Positions 1 through 8,576 of a DNA stretch of 56,667 nucleotides are shown piece by piece; position 1 is the stretch's first letter; each line of letters begins with the position of its first letter. This DNA is from an uncultured Planctomycetales bacterium. GTDB lineage: Bacteria; 4484-113. Location of the stretch: positions 1-56,667 of the forward strand of contig CAZKNJ010000011.1 in assembly GCA_964554185.1 (NCBI GenBank). The letters run 5' to 3'. The position numbers were made by a program, and so were the translations under genes. The notes beneath the pieces are model-generated. The model was not told where the DNA came from and made no database searches. It saw only the letters and a program-made list of their open reading frames with translations.

Positions 1-1539
1 CGTGAAGCCGCTGAACTGGCCCCAGTTGTCCTTGGCGCGGACTTTGTAGATGTAGTCCTCGCCCACAGTAAGGCCCGAGTCGTAGATCTTGCGGCCGGTC
101 GTGTCGGTAGTCCTCAGCAGCGAGAAGTCCACATCAGCCGGCCCCTGCCGCCAGACTTCGTAACCCGCAAGATAGTCCGAGGCGCTCGCCCCCCAGCTCA
201 CTTCAATGGAGTAGCTGTAGGGAATGCCTTCGTTCTCCGTGGCTATCGTGGCTGGCGTCGTCGGCGCCGCCGGGAAGAACGGCGTGTTGGCCGCCTCATT
301 GCTGGGATCGGACTCAGCCTGCGAGGTATTCACCGCAGTCGCGTAGTAGGTGTATTCAATGCCCGGGGGAAGCCAGTCGCCGTTGTTGTTGTCGGTGTAC
401 TGGAGCGGAACCGTCGCCTTCGGAATGGCCGCAACCTGGGTGAACTCGGTTTCGCCCTCGGCCTTCCGGTACAGCCGGTACTCCGCCAGATCAGGCTCGG
501 TGTTGGCGCTCCAGGTCAAGAGAATCCTGCCGGGGCCAATGGCCTCTTTGGCGATCGCTGCGAGGTTCGCCGGCGGATTGGGCACCTCCGGCTGCGCCAC
601 CGTCGCCGGGTCGCTGGGGATGCCCTCGGCGCCACCATTGTCGCCCGGCGCTACCGTCACCTCTTCCGTACCCGCCAACAACACCTCGGTGTACTCGTAC
701 TCCACCCGCGTGCTGCCAGCATCATCCGGCCGCATCACCGATAACGGCTCTCCCGGATTGCCCTCGTTCGGCAGCGGAGTCGCGTTGCCGGCCACATATA
801 CGTTGTAGCCCGCCAGGGAAGTGCCGAAGTGCACCGCTATCGGCGTCACATCCGCGATACCTATCGTCTCGTTGCCGTCCCCGTCCGCCAGGCCTACCGC
901 CGAGTTCTCGTCGGCAACCGCAGAACCAAAGTTCATGGCCAGCGGCGTGATGTCAGCAATCGCCACCGTCCCGTTGTTGTCGTAGTCGCCCACATTGCGC
1001 TCGTGCCACCGCAGAATATACGTCCCCGCCGTGGCAGTCTCAATCAACCGCAAGTCCGTGGGCTTGTTCTCACCTCCGCCGGGCGCAGTACTCACCGCTT
1101 TCGCCGCCGTATCCGCCCCGGCCTCGTACTTCACCCGCAACACCTCTCCACTCCCGCTAACTCCTTCCACCTCGTCAGCATGCACCTTGATTATCCCGCA
1201 CGGCACTTCCCCATGCCGCCCGGTCACCGCAAGGCTGATTACCTCCTCTTCCGCACCCAGGAAACCTCCGAACTTCACCTCCACCGGCCGGTATCCCTCC
1301 GGGTGCTTCAAGGTCACGTATACCGCCTTCAGCCCCTCTGCACCCTCCGCCTTCACAATAACCTCGGGTGCACTCGCGGTTCCCACCACCTCGGCCACCA
1401 GCTTGCCTCCGCCCATCAAATCAACATCCGCAAGCTCGAAGCCTCCAATGCTCAACGGCGCCGGCGCGCTCCGCACGCCACCGCCGCCGCAGGATACCGC
1501 CAGAAGGAGCATAAAGGCCATTAGTATCAGCCTTCTCAT
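1..1539 (-). CDS. Surface lipoprotein, paralog A (cohesin-like + dockerin-like + FN3 domains); 3' end runs off the window
   Basis: ATG at 1539 with AAGGAG RBS. Not in the ORF track (no stop in window). Same frame as the 3988 gene. My translation of 1-300 gives a second, diverged FN3-like domain (IEVSWGASASDYLAGYEVWR...YIYKVRAKDNWG). Confidence 0.9.
   Translation of the reverse strand, partial: MRRLILMAFMLLLAVSCGGGGVRSAPAPLSIGGFELADVDLMGGGKLVAEVVGTASAPEVIVKAEGAEGLKAVYVTLKHPEGYRPVEVKFGGFLGAEEEVISLAVTGRHGEVPCGIIKVHADEVEGVSGSGEVLRVKYEAGADTAAKAVSTAPGGGENKPTDLRLIETATAGTYILRWHERNVGDYDNNGTVAIADITPLAMNFGSAVADENSAVGLADGDGNETIGIADVTPIAVHFGTSLAGYNVYVAGNATPLPNEGNPGEPLSVMRPDDAGSTRVEYEYTEVLLAGTEEVTVAPGDNGGAEGIPSDPATVAQPEVPNPPANLAAIAKEAIGPGRILLTWSANTEPDLAEYRLYRKAEGETEFTQVAAIPKATVPLQYTDNNNGDWLPPGIEYTYYATAVNTSQAESDPSNEAANTPFFPAAPTTPATIATENEGIPYSYSIEVSWGASASDYLAGYEVWRQGPADVDFSLLRTTDTTGRKIYDSGLTVGEDYIYKVRAKDNWGQFSGFT
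555..1539. repeat. Direct repeat copy 1 (near-identical to 3004-3988, offset 2449)
   Basis: Shadow-frame ORF translations of both copies are identical. One synonymous mismatch seen (1501 vs 3950). Similarity continues with scattered mismatches down to about 262/2711. Confidence 0.95.
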
Positions 1540-1649
1540 GTTTCACTCCTTGTTGAAGTTTGTATGCGCATAAGTGCTGCGCTTACGCAGCGCGTTACGG
1601 GCTATTATACCTCAAGCAGCGGGAAGTCAGTCTACCAGCGGCGACCCGG

Positions 1650-1680
1650 AAAAAAGAAAGGGGCGGCATACGCCGCCCCT
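1650..1680 (-). terminator. Intrinsic terminator after the Sec-lipoprotein gene
   Basis: GGGGCGGC-N4-GCCGCCCC hairpin followed on the minus strand by TTTCTTTTTT. Confidence 0.85.
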
Positions 1681-1702
1681 TATGCAGCCTTTGTTATGCC
1701 GG

Positions 1703-3988
1703 CTAGAGCAGTTCCTCAATGTAGCCGCGCCAAGTGGATTCGTGTGATTGCACGCCGCCGTAGACCTTTCGCACTTTGCCGTCGCGGTCAATCAGGAATG
1801 TTGACGGGCGGCTGAAAGTCCCGAAGGCGGACTCGTACAGCGTTTTCACGGCTGCACCCGTGTAGAAATCCGTGAGGTCGTTGGCGGGGCTATAGCCCTG
1901 CTGGGTAATCTCGGTGACCATAGTGCTGATAGCGGGCTCGTAGGCGCCGATGTAGCAGTAGCCCTGCGACTGGTAAGAATGGTAGATGGGGATTTGCGAA
2001 GGAAACTCCTTCGAGTGCGGGAAAGTTCAGCAGTAGTCATCGAAGCTGAGGGTTATCACGCAGTGGTTATCCAGACACTGCTGGAAGGGGATGTAGGGAG
2101 CGCTCTGCTTTTTGTAGCTGGCCACAGAGAAGCTCGGTGCATACCCCAGGAAGTTGAGCGTGGTTGTACGGACACTCGTTTGGTCGTCATCGCTCGTGAC
2201 ACCGTCGTTGGCCGTCACGGTTATGTCGGCAGCGCCGCAGCCGCCGCCGGAGCACCAAGCGACCGACAGGCCGTGGTTCCCGTACGGGAAGCAGCCGGAA
2301 CTGGCGTTCCAGGTGATGGTGGCCGCCGGGTTGGTGACATCCACGGAGAAATGGGCCTCTTCGTTGGGCCCGAAGGTCGTGCCGTCAACGGTGAGCGTAA
2401 GAATCTGCACATCAACGTAGGGCGAGCAACAGGAGCAGGCATCGTTGCTGTAATCGCTCACCTGGTCGAAAGAGTCTTTGGCGCGCACCTTGTAAGTGTA
2501 GTCAACGCCCTCGGTCAGGCCGCAGTCCTTATACTCCGGGTTGGGGCCCTCGCCGATTGCGCCAATGAGCGTGAAGTCCGCCTCGCCCTCCGCCCGGCAG
2601 TAAACATCGTAGCCGCTCAAGTACTCGCCGGTGGACGCGCTCCAAGTGAGCTTGACGGTCAAGCCGTAAGGCAAGCAGTCATCCGTTGCCTCCAAGTTCG
2701 CCGGCGTTGACGGCGCCGCCGGGAAGAACGGCGTGTTGGCCGCCTCATTGCTGGGGTCGGACTCAGTTTCGGCAGTATTCACCGCAGTCGCGTAGTAGGT
2801 GTATTCAATGCCGAGGGAGAGCCAGTCGCCGTTGTTGCTGTCGGTGTATTCCAGCGGAACCGTCGCCTTCGGAATGGCCGTAACCTGGGTGAACTCGGTT
2901 TCGCCCTCGGCCTTGCGGTACAACCGGTACTCCGCCAGGTCAGGCTCGGTGTTGGCGCTCCAGCTAAGGCGAATCCTGCCGGGACCGATGGCCTGGCTGG
3001 CGTTCGCTGCGAGGTTCGCCGGCGGATTGGGCACCTCCGGCTGCGCCACCGTCGCCGGGTCGCTGGGGATGCCCTCGGCGCCACCATTGTCGCCCGGCGC
3101 TACCGTCACCTCTTCCGTACCCGCCAACAACACCTCGGTGTACTCGTACTCCACCCGCGTGCTGCCAGCATCATCCGGCCGCATCACCGATAACGGCTCT
3201 CCCGGATTGCCCTCGTTCGGCAGCGGAGTCGCGTTGCCGGCCACATATACGTTGTAGCCCGCCAGGGAAGTGCCGAAGTGCACCGCTATCGGCGTCACAT
3301 CCGCGATACCTATCGTCTCGTTGCCGTCCCCGTCCGCCAGGCCTACCGCCGAGTTCTCGTCGGCAACCGCAGAACCAAAGTTCATGGCCAGCGGCGTGAT
3401 GTCAGCAATCGCCACCGTCCCGTTGTTGTCGTAGTCGCCCACATTGCGCTCGTGCCACCGCAGAATATACGTCCCCGCCGTGGCAGTCTCAATCAACCGC
3501 AAGTCCGTGGGCTTGTTCTCACCTCCGCCGGGCGCAGTACTCACCGCTTTCGCCGCCGTATCCGCCCCGGCCTCGTACTTCACCCGCAACACCTCTCCAC
3601 TCCCGCTAACTCCTTCCACCTCGTCAGCATGCACCTTGATTATCCCGCACGGCACTTCCCCATGCCGCCCGGTCACCGCAAGGCTGATTACCTCCTCTTC
3701 CGCACCCAGGAAACCTCCGAACTTCACCTCCACCGGCCGGTATCCCTCCGGGTGCTTCAAGGTCACGTATACCGCCTTCAGCCCCTCTGCACCCTCCGCC
3801 TTCACAATAACCTCGGGTGCACTCGCGGTTCCCACCACCTCGGCCACCAGCTTGCCTCCGCCCATCAAATCAACATCCGCAAGCTCGAAGCCTCCAATGC
3901 TCAACGGCGCCGGCGCGCTCCGCACGCCACCGCCGCCGCAGGATACCGCTAGAAGGAGCATAAAGGCCATTAGTATCAGCCTTCTCAT
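1703..3988 (-). CDS. Surface lipoprotein, paralog B: cohesin-like, dockerin-like, 2x FN3, PKD/Ig-like and C-terminal thioredoxin-fold (TlpA/AhpC-TSA-like) domain with in-frame TGA (probable selenocysteine); 761 aa with readthrough
   Basis: Track ORFs 2027..3988 and 1703..1921 are in the same frame, separated only by the TGA at 2027-2029. Lipobox LLLAVSC. Paired Ca-binding repeats GDYDNNGTVAIADIT / ADGDGNETIGIADVT. Redoxin motifs APSFSV and RPSTFLIDRDGKVR lie on either side of the TGA. Confidence 0.85.
1997..2029 (-). promoter_or_regulatory. In-frame UGA plus candidate bacterial SECIS hairpin
   Basis: UGA-N13-CGAAGGA-GUU-UCCUUCG: a 7-bp stem whose apical loop G is 21 nt after the UGA. Confidence 0.75.
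3004..3988. repeat. Direct repeat copy 2 (near-identical to 555-1539)
   Basis: See copy 1. Confidence 0.95.
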
Positions 3989-4045
3989 ATCCCTCTCCTT
4001 GTTGAAGAACGAGTATCATCGGCGAAATCTATCCGCCAAGTAGCA

Positions 4046-4073
4046 ATTATAACATCCGTTACAGCAGAATCAA
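4046..4073 (-). promoter_or_regulatory. Sigma70-type promoter for paralog B
   Basis: TTGATT-N16-TATAAT with extended -10 TG. Confidence 0.6.
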
Positions 4074-4096
4074 GCCACAATCGCCAAAACCGCTTT

Positions 4097-4906
4097 TCAC
4101 AACAGCGCTTCGGTGCGCCGCCGCTGGTTGGCGAGATATATCTGCTCAAAGGCGTCGTCCATCCCAGTCTCGGTAACACGCTCCAGCAAAGCATCGGGTG
4201 AATTGTTGTTCTCGCTGAGATGTCCGAACATCACCTGGCGGGGTGGGTGACGCAGGCTCTGGACAAAGGCGAGAGCCTGCATGTTGCTCAGGTGGCCGGT
4301 GTCGCCGAGTATCCGCCGCTGCAGGAACGCAGGATAGTCGCTTGCACGCACCATGTCCGGCTCGTGGTTCGCTTCCAGCAAGATGAAGTCCGCACCGTCA
4401 CAGAGGCTGGCTTGGTGCTCGTGGGTTGTGCCCAGATCGGTGATGCAGACTATCTTGGTCCCCGCACTCTCGAAGCAGATGCTGACCGTCTCCGGTGCAT
4501 CGTGGCTCACCGGCAGCGGCGAGACATACACGCCGTTAAAGGCGTAACTTTCGCCCGGCCTGAAGGCGAACAGGCGGTGGCCCAGCCCCGAACGGCGGCT
4601 GCCGCGCGCGACCGCATTGAGCACCAGCTCCGGCAGCACAAAGCGCAGATTCGTCAGCCGATACCAAATCGGGAACGCGCTGAAGTGGTCTGAGTGGAGG
4701 TGGGTGACAAACACGGCGTCAATATCGCCGACTTCCACGCCCACGCCGCTCAGCTCGGCGGTGAGATGGCGGTGGGAGATGCCGCAGTCCACGAGAAACC
4801 GTTTCCCGCCAAGCTCAATCAGCGTGCAGTTTCCCTTGCTGCCGCTGGCGAAATTTATGACGCGCGCGCCGATGCGCGAGAGTATAACACAGCGCCTGGT
4901 GGACAC
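4097..4906 (-). CDS. Metallo-beta-lactamase-fold hydrolase (YycJ/WalJ-like); start uncertain
   Basis: ASGSKGN, THLHSDH, SHDA, LEANH and GHLSN motifs. Confidence 0.85.
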   Translation of the reverse strand: MSTRRCVILSRIGARVINFASGSKGNCTLIELGGKRFLVDCGISHRHLTAELSGVGVEVGDIDAVFVTHLHSDHFSAFPIWYRLTNLRFVLPELVLNAVARGSRRSGLGHRLFAFRPGESYAFNGVYVSPLPVSHDAPETVSICFESAGTKIVCITDLGTTHEHQASLCDGADFILLEANHEPDMVRASDYPAFLQRRILGDTGHLSNMQALAFVQSLRHPPRQVMFGHLSENNNSPDALLERVTETGMDDAFEQIYLANQRRRTEALL

Positions 4907-4947
4907 CCGGAGAGGACATGGCGGTAGAATACTGTGGGTGCATCTGA

Positions 4948-5691
4948 ATGCGAGCGCGGGTGAACATCTGGCTTGTACTGGTACCGTGGGTGCTGATAAT
5001 CATCTTCGGGGCAATCGCCCTCGCGGGAGATTACGGGCAATTCCAGCAGGACAAGAGCCAGCAGCAAAGCGACCTACTTGCGCTCCAGAAAACTCTGTCA
5101 GCCCTAAAGGACTCATGGGAGGAGCAAGGCATCACGGTGTTTGAGCAGTTCCGCGAGGCCGAAGAGAAGCGCAGCATTGAAGAGCACGTGGGCAAGCTTG
5201 AGGCGAACACGCGCGCCGCCAAAGCTGATGCGGACGCGCTGCGCCAAGCGCAATTCTTCCCGGAAGCGGTGGACGCCGCGTATGACGCATTTGCAGAGCT
5301 AGCGGAGCTCCAGGAAACCATCCAGTCAGCCTTCAACACGCAAGCGGAGCTGATTGAAGTGAGGAAGGGGCTGATGGAAACACCGGCGCGAGTGAGGTTC
5401 TACCGCGACCGTGTTATCTACTGGTCTAGCCGCGACATCATCAACTACTACTTTGCCCAGGATGCGCTGGCGCAGTCGGAGAGCCACTACTATGAGATGC
5501 AGCTTCTAGCGGAGCAGCTCGGGCAGGAGATGGACCGGTGGCGGGAGCAGTTTGATCATCAGCGGCTCGCCTGCGCCGACCGCATTGAGCAGATGGGCGA
5601 AGCAGTAGCTCATGAAGCGAAAACGGACTACTTGAGCTACCTGCTCGCCAGGCTACGCACTTTCAACCCCCGGCGGGCTGCCGGCTTCTAG
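4948..5691 (+). CDS. Hypothetical protein, N-terminal membrane anchor or signal, helical/coiled-coil body
   Basis: 247-aa ORF with hydrophobic N-terminus and Q/E/A-rich heptad-like sequence; no family recognised. Confidence 0.65.
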   Translation: MRARVNIWLVLVPWVLIIIFGAIALAGDYGQFQQDKSQQQSDLLALQKTLSALKDSWEEQGITVFEQFREAEEKRSIEEHVGKLEANTRAAKADADALRQAQFFPEAVDAAYDAFAELAELQETIQSAFNTQAELIEVRKGLMETPARVRFYRDRVIYWSSRDIINYYFAQDALAQSESHYYEMQLLAEQLGQEMDRWREQFDHQRLACADRIEQMGEAVAHEAKTDYLSYLLARLRTFNPRRAAGF

Positions 5692-7133
5692 GTGCCCTTG
5701 AGCGGCACGGTAATCGGCGGAGGCCCGGTGGCGGGCTCCGGCAAATCCTGCCCGGAAGCCGGAGATTCGCCTGTGCTCCCATCGGGCTCTTCAACGTTTG
5801 CCGGTGCCGGTGCAGCATCGGAAAGCACGAACTCCTTCATCACCGAGTAGCCGCTGCCGGTGGAGTAATGCTCAACCACCAGCAGCCGCCCGGAGGCAAA
5901 GTCCACGCCCGCCAGTTCAACGCGCTGCGCCGATAGGCTTTCAGCAAGCACCCGCTGCTTGCTCCCGTCAATTGCGGTTACGCCAAGCGTGAATGACCTC
6001 TCGCCGGTGCCTGGTTTGCGCGACAGCCAGAAAACCACCGGCGAGTCAGGCGGCATCAAGATGCTGATGTGCGGTGAGGCAAGCTGCATCAGGACAGAAG
6101 TAACCCTGGTTCCGACATCGAGCTTCTCCAGCGTCAAGCGGCCCGAGGTGTTCGGGACTACGCTGCCCTCCGACTGCACCGGTACAAATCTGCTTACAAG
6201 CATTGTAGACGGCCCAATAAAAGCAGCGATGGGATTCCAGCGCTCTTCTTCAAGCGTAATGAAATAGGGGCTGGAGAAGAGCAGCGACAGGTCGGCCACC
6301 GACTTTCCCGGCTCGCCGGAGTATATGGCGAAAACCGATTCCTCGTAGTTCCCGGTGTCGTAGTGGCGCACAACATCCAGCGCGATAGTGCAGTCGGGCG
6401 AAAGCAGCGGCTTGTAGTCAAACTCCAGTTGAGCCTCGCCTTCCGGGCTGTAGAGCGTCCAGGCACGCGGCTCGCCCACGCCGTAGTGGCCTAAGAACGG
6501 GGTGACGCCGACAATCCTGCCCGCGAGCAGCCGCCCGTCGGCAAAGGAGTCGCCGACCATCATATTCTCTTCCAGCAGCGGAGCGTCCGAGCCGTCCGTC
6601 TTGAGCAGGCGCGCCTGGAGCGTGTAGCCCACGGAGGGCTCGTGGGGAACCAGGCTCTTCTGCTCCTCTTCCTCTGCAGACGGAGACACTTGCTCCAGAA
6701 GCTTGTGGTAGATGTAGCCGCCGGACTTCGCCGCGGCGAAGTTCAGCACGAGTTCAGCGTCTTTCAGCTGGAAGGTCTGAGTGACGTCAGTGGTATTCAC
6801 GAGATACAGCGGGCCAGCTCGCTCGTCCGTCCGCTCCAGATCAAAGGGAACTGACAGAAACAGAGCGCGGCCCGATCCGCCGAAATATGCAGCTTCTTTC
6901 ACCATATTCCCGTCTGCACTGAAGAAAAGCTCGCGGCTCACCGCCGCAAATGACTCATCCAGAAAAGCCACGGGGGAAAGCGCGGGCGGCGATGCGACTT
7001 TCTCGCCAAGGTCGGCTCTTTTCTCCGGAGGTGGTTCAACCGCGGGCTTCTGCTCACGCTGAGGGCACGCCGTGACGACGGCGGTTAGCGCAAGCGCCAG
7101 AGTCCATAGACAGGTTGTCCGCAGCGCGATCAT
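5688..7133 (-). CDS. Hypothetical lipoprotein (possibly beta-propeller) with Pro-rich termini
   Basis: Lipobox-like LALTAVVTAC; start overlaps the sirtuin stop codon. Confidence 0.7.
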   Translation of the reverse strand: MIALRTTCLWTLALALTAVVTACPQREQKPAVEPPPEKRADLGEKVASPPALSPVAFLDESFAAVSRELFFSADGNMVKEAAYFGGSGRALFLSVPFDLERTDERAGPLYLVNTTDVTQTFQLKDAELVLNFAAAKSGGYIYHKLLEQVSPSAEEEEQKSLVPHEPSVGYTLQARLLKTDGSDAPLLEENMMVGDSFADGRLLAGRIVGVTPFLGHYGVGEPRAWTLYSPEGEAQLEFDYKPLLSPDCTIALDVVRHYDTGNYEESVFAIYSGEPGKSVADLSLLFSSPYFITLEEERWNPIAAFIGPSTMLVSRFVPVQSEGSVVPNTSGRLTLEKLDVGTRVTSVLMQLASPHISILMPPDSPVVFWLSRKPGTGERSFTLGVTAIDGSKQRVLAESLSAQRVELAGVDFASGRLLVVEHYSTGSGYSVMKEFVLSDAAPAPANVEEPDGSTGESPASGQDLPEPATGPPPITVPLKGT

Positions 7134-7900
7134 TCTGCGAACTCGCGTGCCCGGGACAGCAAGTCCGGAAGTATCTCCCCACTGCGCCCGTGCAATGAAA
7201 AGTCGGCGGAGTAGGTGAGTTCGGTAGGTTCCAGGTTTATCTCGATCACCATTCCCCCTGCACGTTTGGTGACGTATGGCAAACCCGCGGCGGGGTAGAC
7301 CTGCGAAGAGGTTCCCACCACAAGCATCACGTCGGCTTCACCGGCCAGTCGAAGGCTCTCCTCTATCACAAGCGGATCCAGCGACTCGCCGAACCAGACC
7401 ACGTGCGGACGCAGAATATCTCCGCAGCGCGGGCACGGTGGCGGGTACTCCGGAAGCGGCGTTGAGGGCAAGTGTGTCAGCTCAGTGGTGCACGCCTTCA
7501 AGCAGCGCGAATACCAGATGTTGCCGTGCAGCTCAACGACCGAATGGCTGCCGGCCATAGCATGCAGGCCATCAATGTTCTGAGTGATCGTGGTGAAACT
7601 GCCGCCACGCCCGGCCACCAGTCTCTCGTGCTCAGCGATAGCGAAGTGCCCGGGATTGGGCCTGGTCTGCCTGATCTGCGATCGGCGCCAGTCGTACCAC
7701 TCCCACACCTTGTGCGGATCGGCGAGGAAACCCTCAAGCGTGGCCAGGCGGGTGACATCTTCGTCCTTCCAGAAGCCGTCCTTTCCGCGGAAGGTGGGAA
7801 TGCCGCTTTCGGCGGAGATGCCTGCTCCGGTCATCGCAACCGGCCTACGCGCCCGGCCGACAATCGCAGCAATCTCGTTGAGCAGATTATCCTCAGCCAC
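7130..7900 (-). CDS. cobB: NAD-dependent protein deacylase (class III sirtuin)
   Basis: GAGISAESGIPTFRG, TQNIDGLH, HVVWFGE, Zn-finger Cys pairs, and the YxxR (WYDWRR) desuccinylase-type motif. GTG start chosen by SD spacing. Confidence 0.92.
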   Translation of the reverse strand: MAEDNLLNEIAAIVGRARRPVAMTGAGISAESGIPTFRGKDGFWKDEDVTRLATLEGFLADPHKVWEWYDWRRSQIRQTRPNPGHFAIAEHERLVAGRGGSFTTITQNIDGLHAMAGSHSVVELHGNIWYSRCLKACTTELTHLPSTPLPEYPPPCPRCGDILRPHVVWFGESLDPLVIEESLRLAGEADVMLVVGTSSQVYPAAGLPYVTKRAGGMVIEINLEPTELTYSADFSLHGRSGEILPDLLSRAREFAE

Positions 7901-8549
7901 GATGGGCATCCTCCAGCAGGTTTCGTCCCGCAACCTGCACCCGGCCATCAGCAGTTACGCATACGCGGCCCTCGGCAAACCAGTTGATGACTACCGGGTA
8001 GAGCCCGCGCTCCGCCGTCCGCACACGCTCGCCGAGGGTCTCAACCGTGTCACCCTCCAGGACCGGAACCGCCCGCTGGGCGATGATGGGGCCGCAGTCG
8101 TACACCTCGTCCACGAAGTGCACCGTGCAGCCGGTGACCTTGCAGCCCGCTTTCAGCACCGCTTCGTGCACGTGGTCGCCGTACATTCCTTTGCCGCCGA
8201 AGGAAGGAAGCAGCGCGGGATGGATGTTGATGATCCGGTGGTGGTACTCGGGAGGGAACAGGTAGAGGCTGAGAAAGCCTCCGAAGACTATGAGTTCCGG
8301 CGCGAACGCGCGCAAAGATTCGGTAACCAGCTCGGAGAACTCGCTCGTGTCCCTGTGCTTCTTCTTCGGCACTACGACGGTAGGGATAGCCTCCTCTTCG
8401 GCGAAGAGCAGGCCGCGCGCAGATTCCTTGCTGGAGAGAACACACTTGATCCGGGCGTGGCAAGAGCCGTCGGTAACACGGTCAATGAGGTTCTTGAGCG
8501 TTGTCCCCCCGCCGGAGATGAGCACAGCGATTGAGATCTCGCGCGCCAC
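7893..8549 (-). CDS. purN: Phosphoribosylglycinamide formyltransferase
   Basis: ISGGGTTL, INIHPALLPSFGG and TGCTVHFVDEVYDCGPII motifs. Confidence 0.95.
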   Translation of the reverse strand: MAREISIAVLISGGGTTLKNLIDRVTDGSCHARIKCVLSSKESARGLLFAEEEAIPTVVVPKKKHRDTSEFSELVTESLRAFAPELIVFGGFLSLYLFPPEYHHRIINIHPALLPSFGGKGMYGDHVHEAVLKAGCKVTGCTVHFVDEVYDCGPIIAQRAVPVLEGDTVETLGERVRTAERGLYPVVINWFAEGRVCVTADGRVQVAGRNLLEDAHRG

Positions 8550-8576
8550 CAGCCGATTATAGCACCGCGAATGGTG

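Noticed and set aside
2027-2029. TGA as a genome-wide reassigned sense codon (Trp/Gly)
   Set aside because: TGA clearly terminates conserved genes here (purE, hypC, deoB, purN), so a recoded genetic code does not explain the readthrough.
350-3952. Plus-strand ORFs 350..808, 829..1524, 995..1573, 2799..3257, 3278..3952
   Set aside because: Antisense shadows of the lipoprotein genes; they look duplicated only because the underlying DNA is.
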